Below, piece by piece: positions 1-13,800 of a stretch of 64,000 nucleotides of DNA (its first letter is position 1; every line of letters begins with the position of its first letter). The stretch comes from Malacoraja senta. Lineage: Eukaryota. Location: contig CM075989.1 of NCBI GenBank assembly GCA_038087875.1, forward strand, positions 372,001-436,000. Direction: 5' to 3'. Under the pieces are notes generated by a model. The model saw only the letters and a list, made by a program, of their open reading frames with translations. It was not told the origin of the DNA and searched no databases. A program made the position numbers and the translations under genes.

Positions 1-2395
1 AAAATCTTTTTATTGTTTTTTTCCAAAAAACAGAAACAAAAATAAAACATAAAAAACAGAGCAAAAAGAATAATGATAAACATAACAATGGTATTGATAC
101 ATAGGGATCAGGATTACATTAATAACAGGTATAACCTAATATGAGACCAGTGTCAAAATACACAATGAATATAGACCTCCTGGTCTCTATGTAAATATAG
201 ATATATCTTTAAAAGGAAACATAAATGTAAAAAAAAGCAAAGATAAAAAGACAAAAAGAAAAAAAAAACGAAACTAAACTAAACTAAAACTAAAAAAACT
301 AAACTAAACTAAACTAAACTAAACTAAAAAAAAAAAAAAATTTGATAATAATAAAATAAGAATAAAAATAAAATAAATAAATAAAACAAAACAAAGCAAA
401 ACCGAATCTGAGCTCAGAATTTCAACAATTTAAGTCTGTTTGTCGTCAAGTCCGTTCCACCCTATGAAGGTAAAATAATTTTTATAACGATTAAAGAGGA
501 AACAATTTATGTTATATGAAAGTGTTCAATAAATTTTCCCCAAGTCTTATCAAATTTAACCAAGGGTTCAACAATGTCACCTGATTTTTTCTAAATTTAA
601 ACATGATATCATTTCAGAATATCACTGGAGTGTGGTTGGAGGGTTGGAATCTTTCCATTTAAATAAAATAAATCTTCTGGAAATTAATGTGGTAAACGCA
701 ATCAACCGATGGGCGGAGCGGGACAAATGAATAAAATCTAACATCGGTAACCCCAAAATTGCAGTAATAGGATGAGGTTGTAAATCTATACCTAAGACTA
801 CCGAAATAGTATCAAAAATTTATTTCCAATATTTTTCCAAAAAAGGGCAGGACCAAAACATATGGGTCAGTGATGCCACTTCAGAGTTACATCTATCACA
901 GGTAGGATTTATATGACCATAAAAACGAGCGAACTTATCTTTTGACATATGAGATCTGTGAACCACCTTGAATTGTAACAAAGCGTGTCTTGCACACATT
1001 GAAGAGGTATTGACTAATTGAAGAATCCTCTCCCATTTCTCTATAGATAAAGAAATTTGGAGTTCTCTTTCCCAGTCATTCTTAATTTTATCAAATGTAT
1101 CTATTTGTAATTTCAAAATCAACTCATATTTAGTCGTTATTAATCCTTTCTGATAAGGGTTCAGCTGTAAAAAAAAATCCCAAATTTCGGGTTGATGGGG
1201 GAGTGAAAAAAGGGGTATAGCAGCCTTCAAAAAATGTCTAATTTGTAAATATCTAAAAAATTGTGAATGAGGTAAGTTATATTTATTGGAGAGTTGTTCG
1301 AAAGACATAAAACAACCCTCCAAATACAAATCACGAAAGCTACTAATCCCTTCCTCTTCCATAACAAAATAACTTGATCAGTACTAGATGGTTGGATGAG
1401 AAAATTGGATAAAATAGGACTCAATAAGATAAAATCATTTAGCCCAAAAAACTTACGAAATTGAAACCATATTCGGAACGTATGTCTTATTATTGGGTTT
1501 GTCGTATATTTATTCAATCTCGTAATTGTGAAAGGTAACGAGGCCCCTAGAATAGAAGCCAATGATAGCCCTTGTAAGGAATCACATTCTAGGTTTATTC
1601 ATCCAGGGCATTGGGTATCTTCTAAATCTTTTGTTCAAAATGTTAAATAACGAACATTGACTGCCCAATAGTAGAGTCTAAGCTTCGGCAATGCCAAACC
1701 ACCAACTTTTTTTGATTTCTGTAGGTATTTTTTACCTAGTCTGGGATTTTTATTTTGCCATATATATGAAGAAATTTTGGAGTCTATAATATCAAAGAAA
1801 GATTTGGCAATAAAAATTGGTATCATCTGAAATAAATACAGAAATTTAGGTCAAATGTACATTTTAATAGCATTGAGTCGGCCAATTAAGGATAAAGACA
1901 TTGGTGACCATTTAGTGAACTGATGTTTAATATGGTCAATTAAAGGCATAACATTAGCTTTAAATAAATCCTTGTGTTTCTTGGTGATCTTAATACCTAA
2001 ATAAGTAAAACTTTCGGTAGTCAATCTAAATGGAAACTGTCCATTACTCGATACAAAATTATTTAATGGGAAAAGCTCACTCTTACTAAGATTTAATTTA
2101 TAACCAGAAAAACTACTAAATTGATTAAGTAATGCTCCTATTGCCGGAATAGATTTCTCAGGGTTAGAAATAAATAATAACAGATCATCTGCATAAAGAG
2201 ATAGCTTATGTGTCTTATTCCCGCGGACAATACCAAAAATATTAGGGGATTCCCTAATAGCGGTGGCTAAAGGTTCCAAAGCAATATCAAATAGTAAAGG
2301 ACTTAAGGGACAGCCCTGTCTAGTACCTCGAAAGAGCCTGAAAAAAGGTGATCTCTGATTATTAGTAAATACAGAAGCCTGAGGTATAAGATATA
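1..2395 (-). mobile_element. L1-clade LINE, 3' part of ORF2 (fragmented) plus 3' UTR, 5'-truncated
   Basis: Minus ORFs 1851-2279 (KLSLYADDLLLF, GYKLNLSKS), 1635-1826 (GGLALP), 1227-1562 and 820-1362 (CDRC...HMFWSC Cys-rich end) are collinear with the L1 ORF2 at 12025-14670. T-rich 3' UTR with (AAACT)n at ~270-326. Confidence 0.9.
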
Positions 2396-3454
2396 TTGAG
2401 CTACATTGAGCTAGAGAAGTGCCAAGGATATAGGTATGTACTTGTGATTCTCAATGTATTCAGCAAATGGATTGAGGCCTATCCAACACTTGATAACAAA
2501 GTGTCTACTGTTGTCAAGGTGCTTATGCGAGAAATTATCCCCAGATTCGGTATTCCAATTCGGCTTAGCTCTGACAATGGTCCTCATTTCATTGGACAAA
2601 TTGATAAAGAAATCTGTGAACAGCTGGGCATCCAGCAACAACTGCACTGTGCTTATCGACCACAGGCTGCTGGACTTGTCAAAAGGGCAAATCAGGCCCA
2701 AAAAAACTAAATTGGCTACATTAAAGTTGACAGGAATTAATTGGATTAAATTACTCACTATAGCTTTGTTTCAGATATGTGTCACACCTGCAGGGAAAAC
2801 AAGACAAGGCCCAGCTGAAATTGTGTATGGATGTCCCTTAAGAACCCCGTGAAACCAAAACACCCCAAAGGTTGTCAATTTCCATCACATGACTACAGAG
2901 ATGACCAACTATGTTCTGACCTTGACTGCCACTGAGAGATTTGCATTTGAGGGTGCGAGCAGTACACAGTGAATTACCTCCCTTGGTTTTTTCTATTAAG
3001 GTCAAGTCTGGTAATTTTGTGACGGTGAAGAATTGGGTAAGGAAAGGTTTGGAGGCTCAGTGGGAGGGACCTTATCAGGTTCTCCTGATGACCCCGACTG
3101 CTGTTAAGGTAGAAAGAAGGAAAGCGTGGGACCATTTTCCCATTGCAAAAGTATTGGTGCAAGAGTTTGAGCTGCTAACTTGTTTTCTTCAAGGAATTTC
3201 TTAAGTATAGGAACATCATACCCATCGAGAGTCAAGAGTACATCAAGCTGACATGATGGATAAAGAGGATTGATGCCCATATCAACTCGGGAGGTGGAGA
3301 CTCGTCAGTCAGGAATCTTTGAAACTATGCCTGTGAAAACTTGGGAACTTACTTAGAGCTCTGACACAATGACATCACTATCATTGTCACATTGTATAAC
3401 GAGAACCGTTGTCATCTTACTTTGTTTGTTGTCATATGTGATAAAAGAGGGGAA
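2396..3454 (+). mobile_element. Endogenous retrovirus pol fragment (integrase core and C-terminal domain) followed by polypurine tract
   Basis: YVLVILNVFSKWIEAYP, IIPRFGIP..SDNGPHF, HCAYRPQAAGLVKRAN (rve core) and WEGPYQVLLMTPTAVKVE (retroviral IN C-terminus); frameshifted. PPT AAAAGAGGGGAA at 3443-3454. Confidence 0.88.
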
Positions 3455-3936
3455 TGTTAATATCTGACATTTTGGGTTACTTGACAAGATGGAGGATGAC
3501 TGTTTAAAGGATCTGTAAAACCTGCTTGGCATCTTTTACAAAAAGCTGCAGAACCATGAGGTATAGATGGCTCCACAATGTCTCTGGCCTGCAAAGGGGT
3601 TGAATAGAGGTTGATGTCCAGATGGCCTGTAATTGTTAAAATGTATGAGATTTTGCAGAAGGAGGTAGGTCCTGATGCAAGTGCATGCTTGGGATTGGTT
3701 GGGGAAATGATGGAATACAATTATGTTGCAGAGTCTTCTCACTGCTAATTATGATTGGTCCAGGAGAGGGGCCTCACCAAAGATGTTTAATTTACCTGGG
3801 GATAATGTTTCTTTACTTAACAGAAGCGTTTCCCCCTAAGTGCTTTGTGTTGAAACTATGTTATGTGCTATTGTATGATTGGGATAGGGAACTGTCATTC
3901 AATGTATTTTGCAGCCCATATCGATAATTGTCTTGT

Positions 3937-6900
3937 AACCATATAACAATTACAGCACGGAAACAGGCCATCTCGGCCCTTCTAGTCCGTGCCGAACACT
4001 TACTCTCACCTAGTCCCATCTACATGCACTCAGACCATAACCCTCCATACCTTTCCCGTCCATATACCTATCCAATTTATTTTTAAATGATAAAAACGAA
4101 CCTGCCTTCACCACTTCCTCTGGAAGCTCATTCCACACAGCTACCACTCTCTGAGTAAAGAAGTCCCCCCTCATGTTGCCCCTAAACTTTTGTCCCTTAA
4201 TTCTCAAATCATGTCCTCTTGTTTGAATCTTCCCTACTCTCAATGGAAAAAGCTGATCCACGTCAACTCTGTCTATCCCTCTCATAATTTTAAAGACCTC
4301 TATCGAGTCCCCCCATAACCATCTGCGCTCCAAAGATTAATGACCTATCTTGTTCAACCTTTCTCTGTAACTTAGGTGCTGAAACCCAGGCAACATTCTA
4401 GCACACCAAAAGCTTTCTTTACCACCCTATCTACAGTCTTAGAATAAAGGGGAGGTCATTTAAGACTGAGGTGAGAAAAAATGTTTTCACCCAGAGAGTT
4501 GTGAATTTATGGAATTCCCTGCCACAGAGGGCAGTGGAGGCCAAGTCACTGGATGGATTTAAGAGAGAGTTAGAAAGAGCGCTAGGGGCTAGTGTATTCA
4601 AGGGATATGGGGAGAAGGCAGGCACGTGTTATTGATAGGGGACGATCAGGCATGACCACAATGAATGGCGGAGAGAGAGAGGAGGAGTGAGAGAGGAGGA
4701 GAGAGAGAAGGGGAGAGAGAGAAGGGAGGGAGAGAGGAGAGAGAGGGGGGAGAGAGAGGAGGGGAAGAGAGAGGAAGAGAGAGAGAAGGGGGAGAGAGAG
4801 AAGAGAGGGAGAGAGGGGAGAGAGAGAAGAGGGGAGAGAGAGGAGTGAGAGAAGAGGGGAGAGAGAGGAGGAGAGAGAGAAGTGGAGAGAGAGGAGGAGA
4901 GAGAGAAGAGGGGAGAGAGAGGAGGAGAGAGAGAAGGGGAGAGTGAGAAGGGAGTGAGGGAGGGGGATGAGAAAGAAGAGGGGAGGGAGGGGGAGCTTCC
5001 TTTACCACCCTATCTACATGAGATTCCACCTTCAGGGAACTATGCACAGTTATTCCTAGATCCCTCTGTTCAACTGCATTCCTCAATTCTCTACCATTTA
5101 CTATGTACGTCCTATTTTGATCTGTCCTGCCGAGATGTAGCACCTCACACTTATCAGCATTAAACTCCATCTGGCATCTTTCAGCCCACTCTTCCAAATG
5201 GCCCAAATTTCTCTCTGTAGACTTTGAAAATCTACTTCCTTATCCACAACACCACCTATCTTGGTATCATCTGCATACTTACTATTCCAATTTACCACGC
5301 CATCATCCAGATCATTGATGTATATGACAAACAACAGTGGACCCAATACAGATCCCTGAGGCACCCCACTAGTCACCGGCCTCCAAACTGACAAACAACC
5401 ATCCACCATTACTCTCTGGTATCTCCCATTCAGCCACTGTTGAATCCATCATGCTACTCCACTATTTATGCCCAACAATTGAACCTTCTTAACCAACCTT
5501 CCATGTGGAACCTTGTCAAAGGCGTTACTGAAGTCCGTATAGACAACATCCACCGCTTTACCCTCATCAATTTCCCTGGTAACCTCTTCAAAAAAAATCA
5601 AGAAGATTAGTCAAACATGACCTTCCAGGCACAAATCCATGTTGACTGTTCCTAATCAGACCCTGTTTATCCAGATTATTATATATATTATCTCTAAGTA
5701 TCCTTTCCATTAATTTGCCCACCACTGACATCAAACTATCAGGTCTATAATTAACAGATTTACTATTAGAACCCTTTTTAAACAACGGAACAACATGCGC
5801 AGTACGTCAATCATCCGGCACTATTCCCGTTTCCAATGACATTTGAAATATTTCTGTCATAGTCCCTGCTATTTCTACACTAACTTCCCTCAATGTCCTA
5901 GGGAATATCCTATCAGGACCTGGAGACTTATCCACTTTTATATTTTTCAAAAGTGTCAGTACATCCTCTTCTTTGATCCTCAGTTTCCATAGCTACTCTG
6001 CTTGTTTCCCTTACCTCACATAATTCCATATCCTTCTCCTTGGTGAATACCGAAGAAAATAAATTGTTCAATATCACCCCCATCTCTTTTGGCTCTGCAG
6101 ATAGCTGTCCACTCTGACTCTCTAATGGACCAATTTTATTCCTTGTTATCCTTTTGCTATTAATATAGCTGTAGAAACCCTTTGGATTTACTTTCACCTT
6201 GCTTGCCAAAGCAACCTCATATCTTCTTTTAGGTTTTCTAATTTCTTTCTTAATATTCTTTTTACATTCTTTATATTCCTCAAGCACCTCATTTACTCCA
6301 TGCTGCCTATTATTATTGTAGATCTCTCTCTTTTTCCAAAGTAAGTTCAATTTCTCTTGAAAACCATGGCTCTTTCCAATTATTACTCTCCTTTCAACTG
6401 AACAGGGACATAAAGATTCTGTACTCTTAAAATTTCACCTTTAAATGTCCTCCATTTCTCTACTACATTCTTCCCATAAAACAAAATGTCCCAATTCACT
6501 CCTTTTAAATCCTTTCGCATCTCCTCAAAGTTAGCCTTTCTCCAATCAAAAATCTCAACCCTTGGTCCAGTTCTGACCTCCATAATTATATTGAAACTAA
6601 TGTTATTGTGAGCACTGTACCCAAAGTGCTCCCCAACACATACCTCCGTCAACTGACCTGTCTCATTTCCTAACAGGATGTCCAGCACTGCCCCTTCACT
6701 AGTAGGTACCTCTATGTCTTGCTGCAAAAAACTATCCTGCACACATTTTACAAACTCCAAACAATCCAGCCCTTTTACAGAATGTGTTTCCCAGTCTATG
6801 TGTGGAAAATTGAAATCTCCCACAATCACTACCTTGTGCTTGCTACTAATATCTGCTTTATCCTTACATATTTGCTCTTCCAATTCTCGCTCCTCATTAG

Positions 6901-8280
6901 GCGGTCCATAATACACCCCTATAAGTGTTGCTACACCTTTCCCATTTCTCAGTTCCACCCAAATAGCCTCCCTAGACAAGCTCTCTAATCAATCCTGCCA
7001 AAGCACTGCTGTAATATCTTCCCTGACAACCTATGCAACACCTCCACCACTATCACACCTAAAGCAACGAAATCCTGGAATATTTAGTTTCCAATCACAG
7101 CCATCCTGCAACTATGTTTCACTAATCGCCTCAACATCATACTTCCACGTGTCAATCCAGGCTCTAAGTTCATCCACCTTTCTTACAATGCTCCTAGCAT
7201 TAAAATATACACATTTAAGAAACCCACCACCTCTTATTCTCTGTTTATTATCTTTTTCTTCTCTCTTCCCTACATGTTGGGTCTGAGTGCTTCCATTCTC
7301 TGCCTCCTGCCTCACACACTGTCTACTAGCTTTCTCTATTTGTGTCCCTCCCCCCAACTGTTCTAGTTTAAAGTCTCCCCAGTAGCCTTTGCAAACCTTC
7401 CAGCCAGGATATTGGTTCCCCTCGGGTTCAAGTGCAACCTGTCCTTTTTGTACAGGTCACACCTTCCCCAAAAGAGGTCCCAATGATCCAGTAACTTGAA
7501 TCCATGCCCTCTGCACCAGTCCCTCAGCCATACATTTATCCTCCACATCACTCCATTCCTACTCTCACTGTCGCGTGGCACAGGCAGTAATCCTGAGATT
7601 GTTACTTTTACCGTCCTTCTCCTTAACTCTCTTCCTAACTCCATAAATTCTCCTTTCAGGACCTCTTCTCTTTTTCTGCCTATGTCATTGGTACCTATAT
7701 GTACCACGACCTCTGGCTCCTCTCCCTCCCATTTCAGGATATCTTGGACACGTTCAGACACATCCCAGACCCTGGCACCAGGCAGGCAAACTACCATCCG
7801 GGTCTCCTGACTGCATCCACAGAATCGCCTATCTGACCCCCTAACTATAGAGTCCTCTATTACTATTGCCCTCCTCTTCTTTTCCCTACCCTTCTGAGGC
7901 CCGGCCACTGTCGCTACCCCCAGGTAGGCTGTCCCCCCCAACAGTACTCAAGCAGGAGTACTTATTGCCAAGGTGTACAGTCACCGGGGTACTCTCTAGT
8001 CCCTACCTCTGCCCCTTGCCCCTCCTAACCGTGACCCACTTGTCTTCCTCCTGTGGTCTTGGAGTGACCACCTCTCTATAACTCCTCTCTATGACCTCCT
8101 CACTCTCCCTGACCAGACAGAGGTCATCGAGCTGCTGCTCCAGGTTCCTAATACGGTCCCTTAGGAGCCCCATTTCGATGCCCATTGCGCAGATGTGGAC
8201 GTCTGGATGGCTATCAGACTCCATGACTTACCACATCTGACATCCAGAACAATAAATTGCCCTGGCACTCATACTCCTCC
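3937..8280 (-). mobile_element. CR1 LINE (family A), degenerate: ORF1 esterase, APE endonuclease, RT; composite insertion at ~4436-5018
   Basis: ORF1 SGNH/GDSL-like motifs (IVIEDSIVRG, CLPGAR, VHIGTND, LHLN; 7363-7941), EN (YFNARSI, VGDFNFP), RT ([15 protein letters not shown]), and AACCATAT-type tail at 3937. Confidence 0.92.
4671..4993 (+). repeat. Irregular polypurine (GA-rich) tract
   Basis: Directly visible; near-identical reverse-complement copy at 60469-60794. Confidence 0.95.
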
Positions 8281-8629
8281 TGTACCTTAATTAAGATAGA
8301 ATCTGGGGTTACTCCCAATCAGCTGTTTCCTCTATTGTAAATGTTGCCCCCCCCCCCCCCCATGTATTTTTGCGCCAAAGATCTGTAAGGGTATAAAAGA
8401 GTGGGGAGCACATTAGGGTGGGCCGATCTTCTGGGGTGTGTGTTCTATTTGCACGAGGCTGTTGGGCTCAATTGAGTAGAGACAAGGATCGGTCCCACGT
8501 TATTGCACTACGTATTGTATTGGTACTGGTATTGTGCACAATAAAGAAAGTTGGATTTCCAGTGTTCGTATTCAGTGTTTGACTGAACCAGACTAAAGGG
8601 GGTAAAGTTTAGGATCGGAATTACATGAG

Positions 8630-9125
8630 AAGGTAACAATGAGGCATACAGAGATAAAATGTAATCAGAGCGACAGTCAGACTGATTGGAGAACTAGGAA
8701 GGGGGTGGGATGGAGAGAGGGGCAAAGCAAGGGTTACTTTAAGTTAGAGGTAAATATTCATACAGCTGGGGTGTAAGCAGCCCAAGTGAAATATGAGGTG
8801 CTGTTCCTCCACATTGCAATGGAGGAGGCCCAGAACAGAATAGTCAATATGGAAATGGGAGGGGGAGATAAAGTGTTTAGTAACTGGGAGATCTGGTAAG
8901 TTTAAGCGGATTGAGTGGAGATGTTCAGTCAAATGATCACTGAGCCTGCCTTGGTCTCACCGATAAATAGGAGTCCACACCTGGAACAGCGGATACAGTA
9001 GAAGAGGCTGGAGGAGGTGCAAATGAAACTCTGCCTCACCTGAAAAGACTGTCAGGGTCCTTGGACATAGTCAAGGGAAGAGGTATAGGGACAGGTGTTG
9101 CATCCTCTGTGGTTGCAGGGGAAAG
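8630..9125 (-). mobile_element. Penelope-like element remnant (GIY-YIG C-terminal region)
   Basis: ORF 8744-8932 EHLHSIRLNLPDLPVTKHF...LGLLHC..EEQHLIFHLGCLHP..MNI resembles the C-terminal end of vertebrate Penelope endonucleases. Confidence 0.7.
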
Positions 9126-9381
9126 AATAGAATAAACAAGGTATGAATGATCCTTGATTATGCTGGTTCCTTTCCTGAGGCCACATGAACTATGGGTGGG
9201 GTCGATGTGGGAGGAGGCTAGTGTGACGGGTCAACATCCACAATGTTCTACAATTTCTTGTAGTCTTCGGCAGAGCTGTGTCGATGTTTTCTATTTCATA
9301 AACAAATAAGGATCCCATCAGCTAGACGTTTCCTGACTGTCTGAACCGCCATCACCTGCAAGATTACCTGATATCTGCCTC

Positions 9382-10873
9382 AGGAAGGCAGCATCTATCA
9401 TCAAGAATCCCCATCATCATGTCTACTTCTTGCTGTTACTCTTGGGCAGGATGTACAGAAGCCTGAGGTCCCACTACACTTACCCTGATTACATGTTTAA
9501 GAACATCTTTCCTTTAATCATGAGGTTCTTGAACTAAACCTAATCCTACCTCAGCAATGGAATACTATGGACCACCTCTTGCACTACCATGAACCATTTT
9601 TGCTCCAATGTCAGAGATCAAGAGAGCATGCAAACATTCAGATATATATTTATTTATCCAGATAATTAATTAAAGTGCTTTGCTGTTAACAATTTGTAAT
9701 ACGAATGATAATTGAAGAGAGAATGGGTTTATGTTAACTGGAATTTAGAAGAATGAGAGAGAACCTAATTGAAACTATAAAATTCCAATGATATTGAACA
9801 GATCAGATGCAGGAAGGACGTTTGTGATGGTGGGTAGTCCAGAACCAGGAATCATAGTCTCAGGATATAGGATAGGCCATTTCAGACTGTGGTGTAGAGA
9901 CATTTCTTCACCATACGATTGCTGAACCTATGATGTGGTCTACCACAGAAGACAGTTGAGCTGAAATCATTATATATGCACAAGATGGAGTTTGATTTTT
10001 TAATGGAGACACAAGAAACTGAAGATACTGAAAACTGAAGCAATAAAAATGTGCTGAAATAGCTCAGCGGGTCAGGCAGCATCTCTGGAGGGAATGGACA
10101 GTCAATGTTTTGGGTCGGGACCCTTCTTCAGACTGATGGATTCGGCGGGAAAAAGAAAGCTGGGTTGGGACAAGGGATAGGTGGGCACGTGAGGGTGGAG
10201 ATTGGCAGATGTGGTGGAGTAAGTCACAAAGGGTGAGAGTGAAATGGAGACAAAAGGGTGTCAGATAAGGAGAGGAGGAGGAGTGAAATGTCAAGCCAGA
10301 GGGAGGGATATTGGTGGAAGAGGCAAGAGGGGATAAAAGGGAAATATGAATGAATGAATGAATGAATGAATGAATGAATAGTTTATTTCGGTCATACGTT
10401 AAAAAGAACAAAACTTTACAATCTGTGTGAATATGAACCAACACTGTATCCATTTCACACGACGTTCACATAATCAATGACCGAAAAAGGAATAGGCTGA
10501 AGCCACAAAGCTTATTTTTGCTTATCCTATACAATCCATAAAATTAGATAACCCAGAATATCAGCATTACAAAGGAAATAAAAAATTAAAATTTACTCTA
10601 AATTGTAATCCTTACTTATTTTACATTTTAATCATTTTACTTTATAAAACTTAATTATTTTACATTTTAAGGCTTTTTTGAAACTCGACAGAGCTACAAA
10701 ATTTCAACATCACTAAGCCCTTTCCATAATTTGACTCCCAAAACTGAGACACATCTATATTTTACATTAGTTCTCACTTTACATGTTTAAAAAATACACA
10801 ACCCTCTTGAATTATGATGTCCCTCTCTTAATTAAAAACAATTTTGAATACTAACAGGAAGGCATATATTCCT
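9382..10873 (+). repeat. Direct repeat copy 1 (1,492 bp)
   Basis: Matches 15001-16492 at constant offset 5619; about 8 substitutions found by eye. Confidence 0.97.
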
Positions 10874-13800
10874 TTAGGCAAATAAAGAATGGAGGAATCA
10901 TTCTGTAGTTGGAATATAAGGGGTGCCAATGAACCAATAAAGAGGGGTAAAATTTTTGCTCACCTTAAAATCTTTGAAAAGCAACATAATCTACTTGCAA
11001 GAAACTCACATGAAACAGGAAACACAAATGAGATTAAAGGCGAAGTGGATAGGCCAAACATATTATTCGTCATTTACTTCTAAATCTAGAGGTACGGCTA
11101 TTCTTATTCGAAAAGGTATACCGTTCAAATTAAAGAATACTATATCAGATAAAGAGGGAAGGTATATTATAGTTTCGGGAGAAATTTATGCTACCCCAAT
11201 AACTATGGTAAATATTTATGCTCCGAATTTTGATTACCCTCAATTTTTTGAGAAAATTATAGATATAATACTGGAGTTTAATTATCAAAATGTCATAATA
11301 GGAGGGGATTTTAATTGTGTTTTAGATCCTTACTTAGACAAATCAGCAAAACAAAGAAGGAGTAATACAAAATCTAAGACTAGTGAATTTCTAAATACAT
11401 ATATAAAAAATACTAACATAACAGATGTATGGAGATCTGCTGACCCAGCAGGAAGGGAATACTCGTTTTACTCTTCGGTACATAAAACATACTCAAGAAT
11501 TGATTATTTTTTAGTGGATAGGAAATTAATGCCATATATAATTAACCCAACTTACCATATTAGTAGTATTTCTGATCACTCTCCATTGACTTTTTTAGTA
11601 AAATTTGAAGGAATGCTGGGAAAAAATTTTTTTTGGAGGTTTAACACATATATATTAAATGACCTACAGGGTTATCAATATTTGAAACAACAAATGATAT
11701 CATTTTTTTAGATAAATGATACACCAGGTACCTCACCTTCTTTAATATGGGAAACTTTTAAAGCATTTATTAGAGGAATTATAATTTCATATGAAATTTT
11801 TCAAAATAAGAAGAATAAAACTGAACAGATGCTGTTAGAACAAGAAATAAGACAGTTAGTTAGATAATGCTAAAGATCCCACTATAGATAAACATAATAA
11901 GATAATACTACTGAAATTTAAACTTAACCGAATTCTCTCGGCAAGAGTAATAAGATTATTCCAAATTACAAAACAGGAACATTTTGAGTTTGGTGACAAA
12001 CCACATAAGCTGTTTGCGCGTCAATTGAAAAAACAGGAAAAGGAAAATACTATAAATAAAATTAAATCTGAGAATGGTGAATTACTAACACTACCTAAAG
12101 ATATCAATAAAAGATTTGTTCAATTTTATCAGAATTTATACACGTCAAAAACCAAAACAGAAGATAGTAAAATTACAAATTTTTTAGATAAATGTAATCT
12201 ACCAAAACTTGACCTTTTGGAACAAGAAGAACTAGGAGCGCAAATTACAATCGAAGAAATAGGTGAAACAATAAAATTGCTGAAAAATGGTAAGACACCG
12301 GGACCAGATGGTTTTAGTAATGAATTTTATAAAAAGTTTCATGAGATAACGCCCCCCTATCTATTTAATTTATATACTCACGTTTTTAAAGAAAATAAAT
12401 TACCTGAAACATTAGCAGAATCAACTATTACGCTTATTCCAAAGAAAGATAAAGATCTAGAGGAACCGGGTTCATATAGAGCTATATCACTTCTAAATAC
12501 CAACCAGAAAATTCTAGCAAAGACCTTAGCTAGAAGACTAAGCAAATATATTAGTAAATTGATAAACCCTGATCAAACGGGGTTTATACCCAAAAGATAT
12601 TCATTTAATAATTTGAGACGCCTGTTTAATATAATGTACTCACATAAAAAGGAAGAAAAAGACTTAGCAATTATTTCTTTGGACGCAGAGAAAGCATTTG
12701 ATCAGGTAGAATGGCAGTATTTATACATAGTATTACAAAAATTTAATATGGGAGAGAATTTTATTGCATGGGTGAAATTATTATATGATAAACCGATGGC
12801 AAGAATATTAACTAACAACATGTTATCTCAAAAATTTCAATTATCAAGGGGTAATAGGCAGGGATGTGCTTTATCACCCCTGCTATTTGCCCTTATGATA
12901 GAACCTCTGGCTGAAAGTATAAGAAGCCATCCGAATATTCAGGGTTATAATACTAGGGACTCAAATAATAAAATTTCATTGTATGCAGACGATATTTTGT
13001 TATATATAACAAATTCACAAACGAGTATACCAAATTTATTAAATTTAATAGAGGAATTTGGGTCCTTTTCAGGATATAGAATAAATTGGAACAAAAGTGA
13101 AATTATGACGTTAAAACCTCAAGAATCCACACACTTATTGAAATTCCCCTTTAAAATAGCAACAGAAAAATTCAAATATCTGGGTATACAGATTACTAGA
13201 AAACATAAAGCTTTATTCAACGCTAATTTTATACCCTTAATAAATAAACTTAATATAATTATAAAATTTTGGAAAACACTCCCTTTATCATTAATAGGCA
13301 GAATAAATGCTATTAAAATGAGCTTCTTACCACAGTTATTATACTTATTTCAATCTATACCAGTATATGTACCAAAATATTTCTTCCCTAAACTGAATGC
13401 TAATATTACTAATTTTGTTTGGGATTACAAATCACATAGAATTAAAAAAGAACACTTATGTAAACCAAAAGATGTCGGGGGACTTTCACTCCCTAATTTT
13501 TTGTATTACTATTGGGCAATACATATTAAGAATATAATTTACTGGCTGGATAGTTCAACTCAACAGACAGAATGGATAAAAATGGAGAAAGAGGATTGTT
13601 ATCCTTGTAATATAGGAACAATCCTCTTCTCCCCGAAAAAAATGAACAATACAATATATAAGAAAAACCCAATTATACAAGATACAATAAGAATATGGAA
13701 ACAAATAAAACTATCCTTAAAATTAAGAAACCTATCATTGTTAACACCGATAGCGAATAATCCTTTATTTAAACCATCTATGATGGATAAAATATATAAT

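Larger units (their letters stand above)
3455..8625 (+). mobile_element. ERV 3' LTR split by a CR1 (halves ~3455-3936 and ~8281-8625)
   Basis: Starts TGTT right after the PPT. The second half has TATAAAA (8392-8398), AATAAA (8540-8545) and ends TTACA at 8625. Confidence 0.65.

Noticed and set aside
4646..5206. Pro/Ser/Leu-rich and Glu/Arg/Gly-rich ORFs (also 39347-39720 and 60299-60837)
   Set aside because: They are translations of polypurine/polypyrimidine tracts that lack stop codons by composition.
7363..7941. Apparent host GDSL/SGNH lipase gene
   Set aside because: It lies directly upstream of CR1 ORF2 in several copies; it is the known CR1 ORF1 esterase domain.
9882..10453. Duplicated 66-aa and ~130-aa ORFs as gene paralogs
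   Set aside because: They span SINE/Penelope/microsatellite sequence and are identical only because of the duplication.
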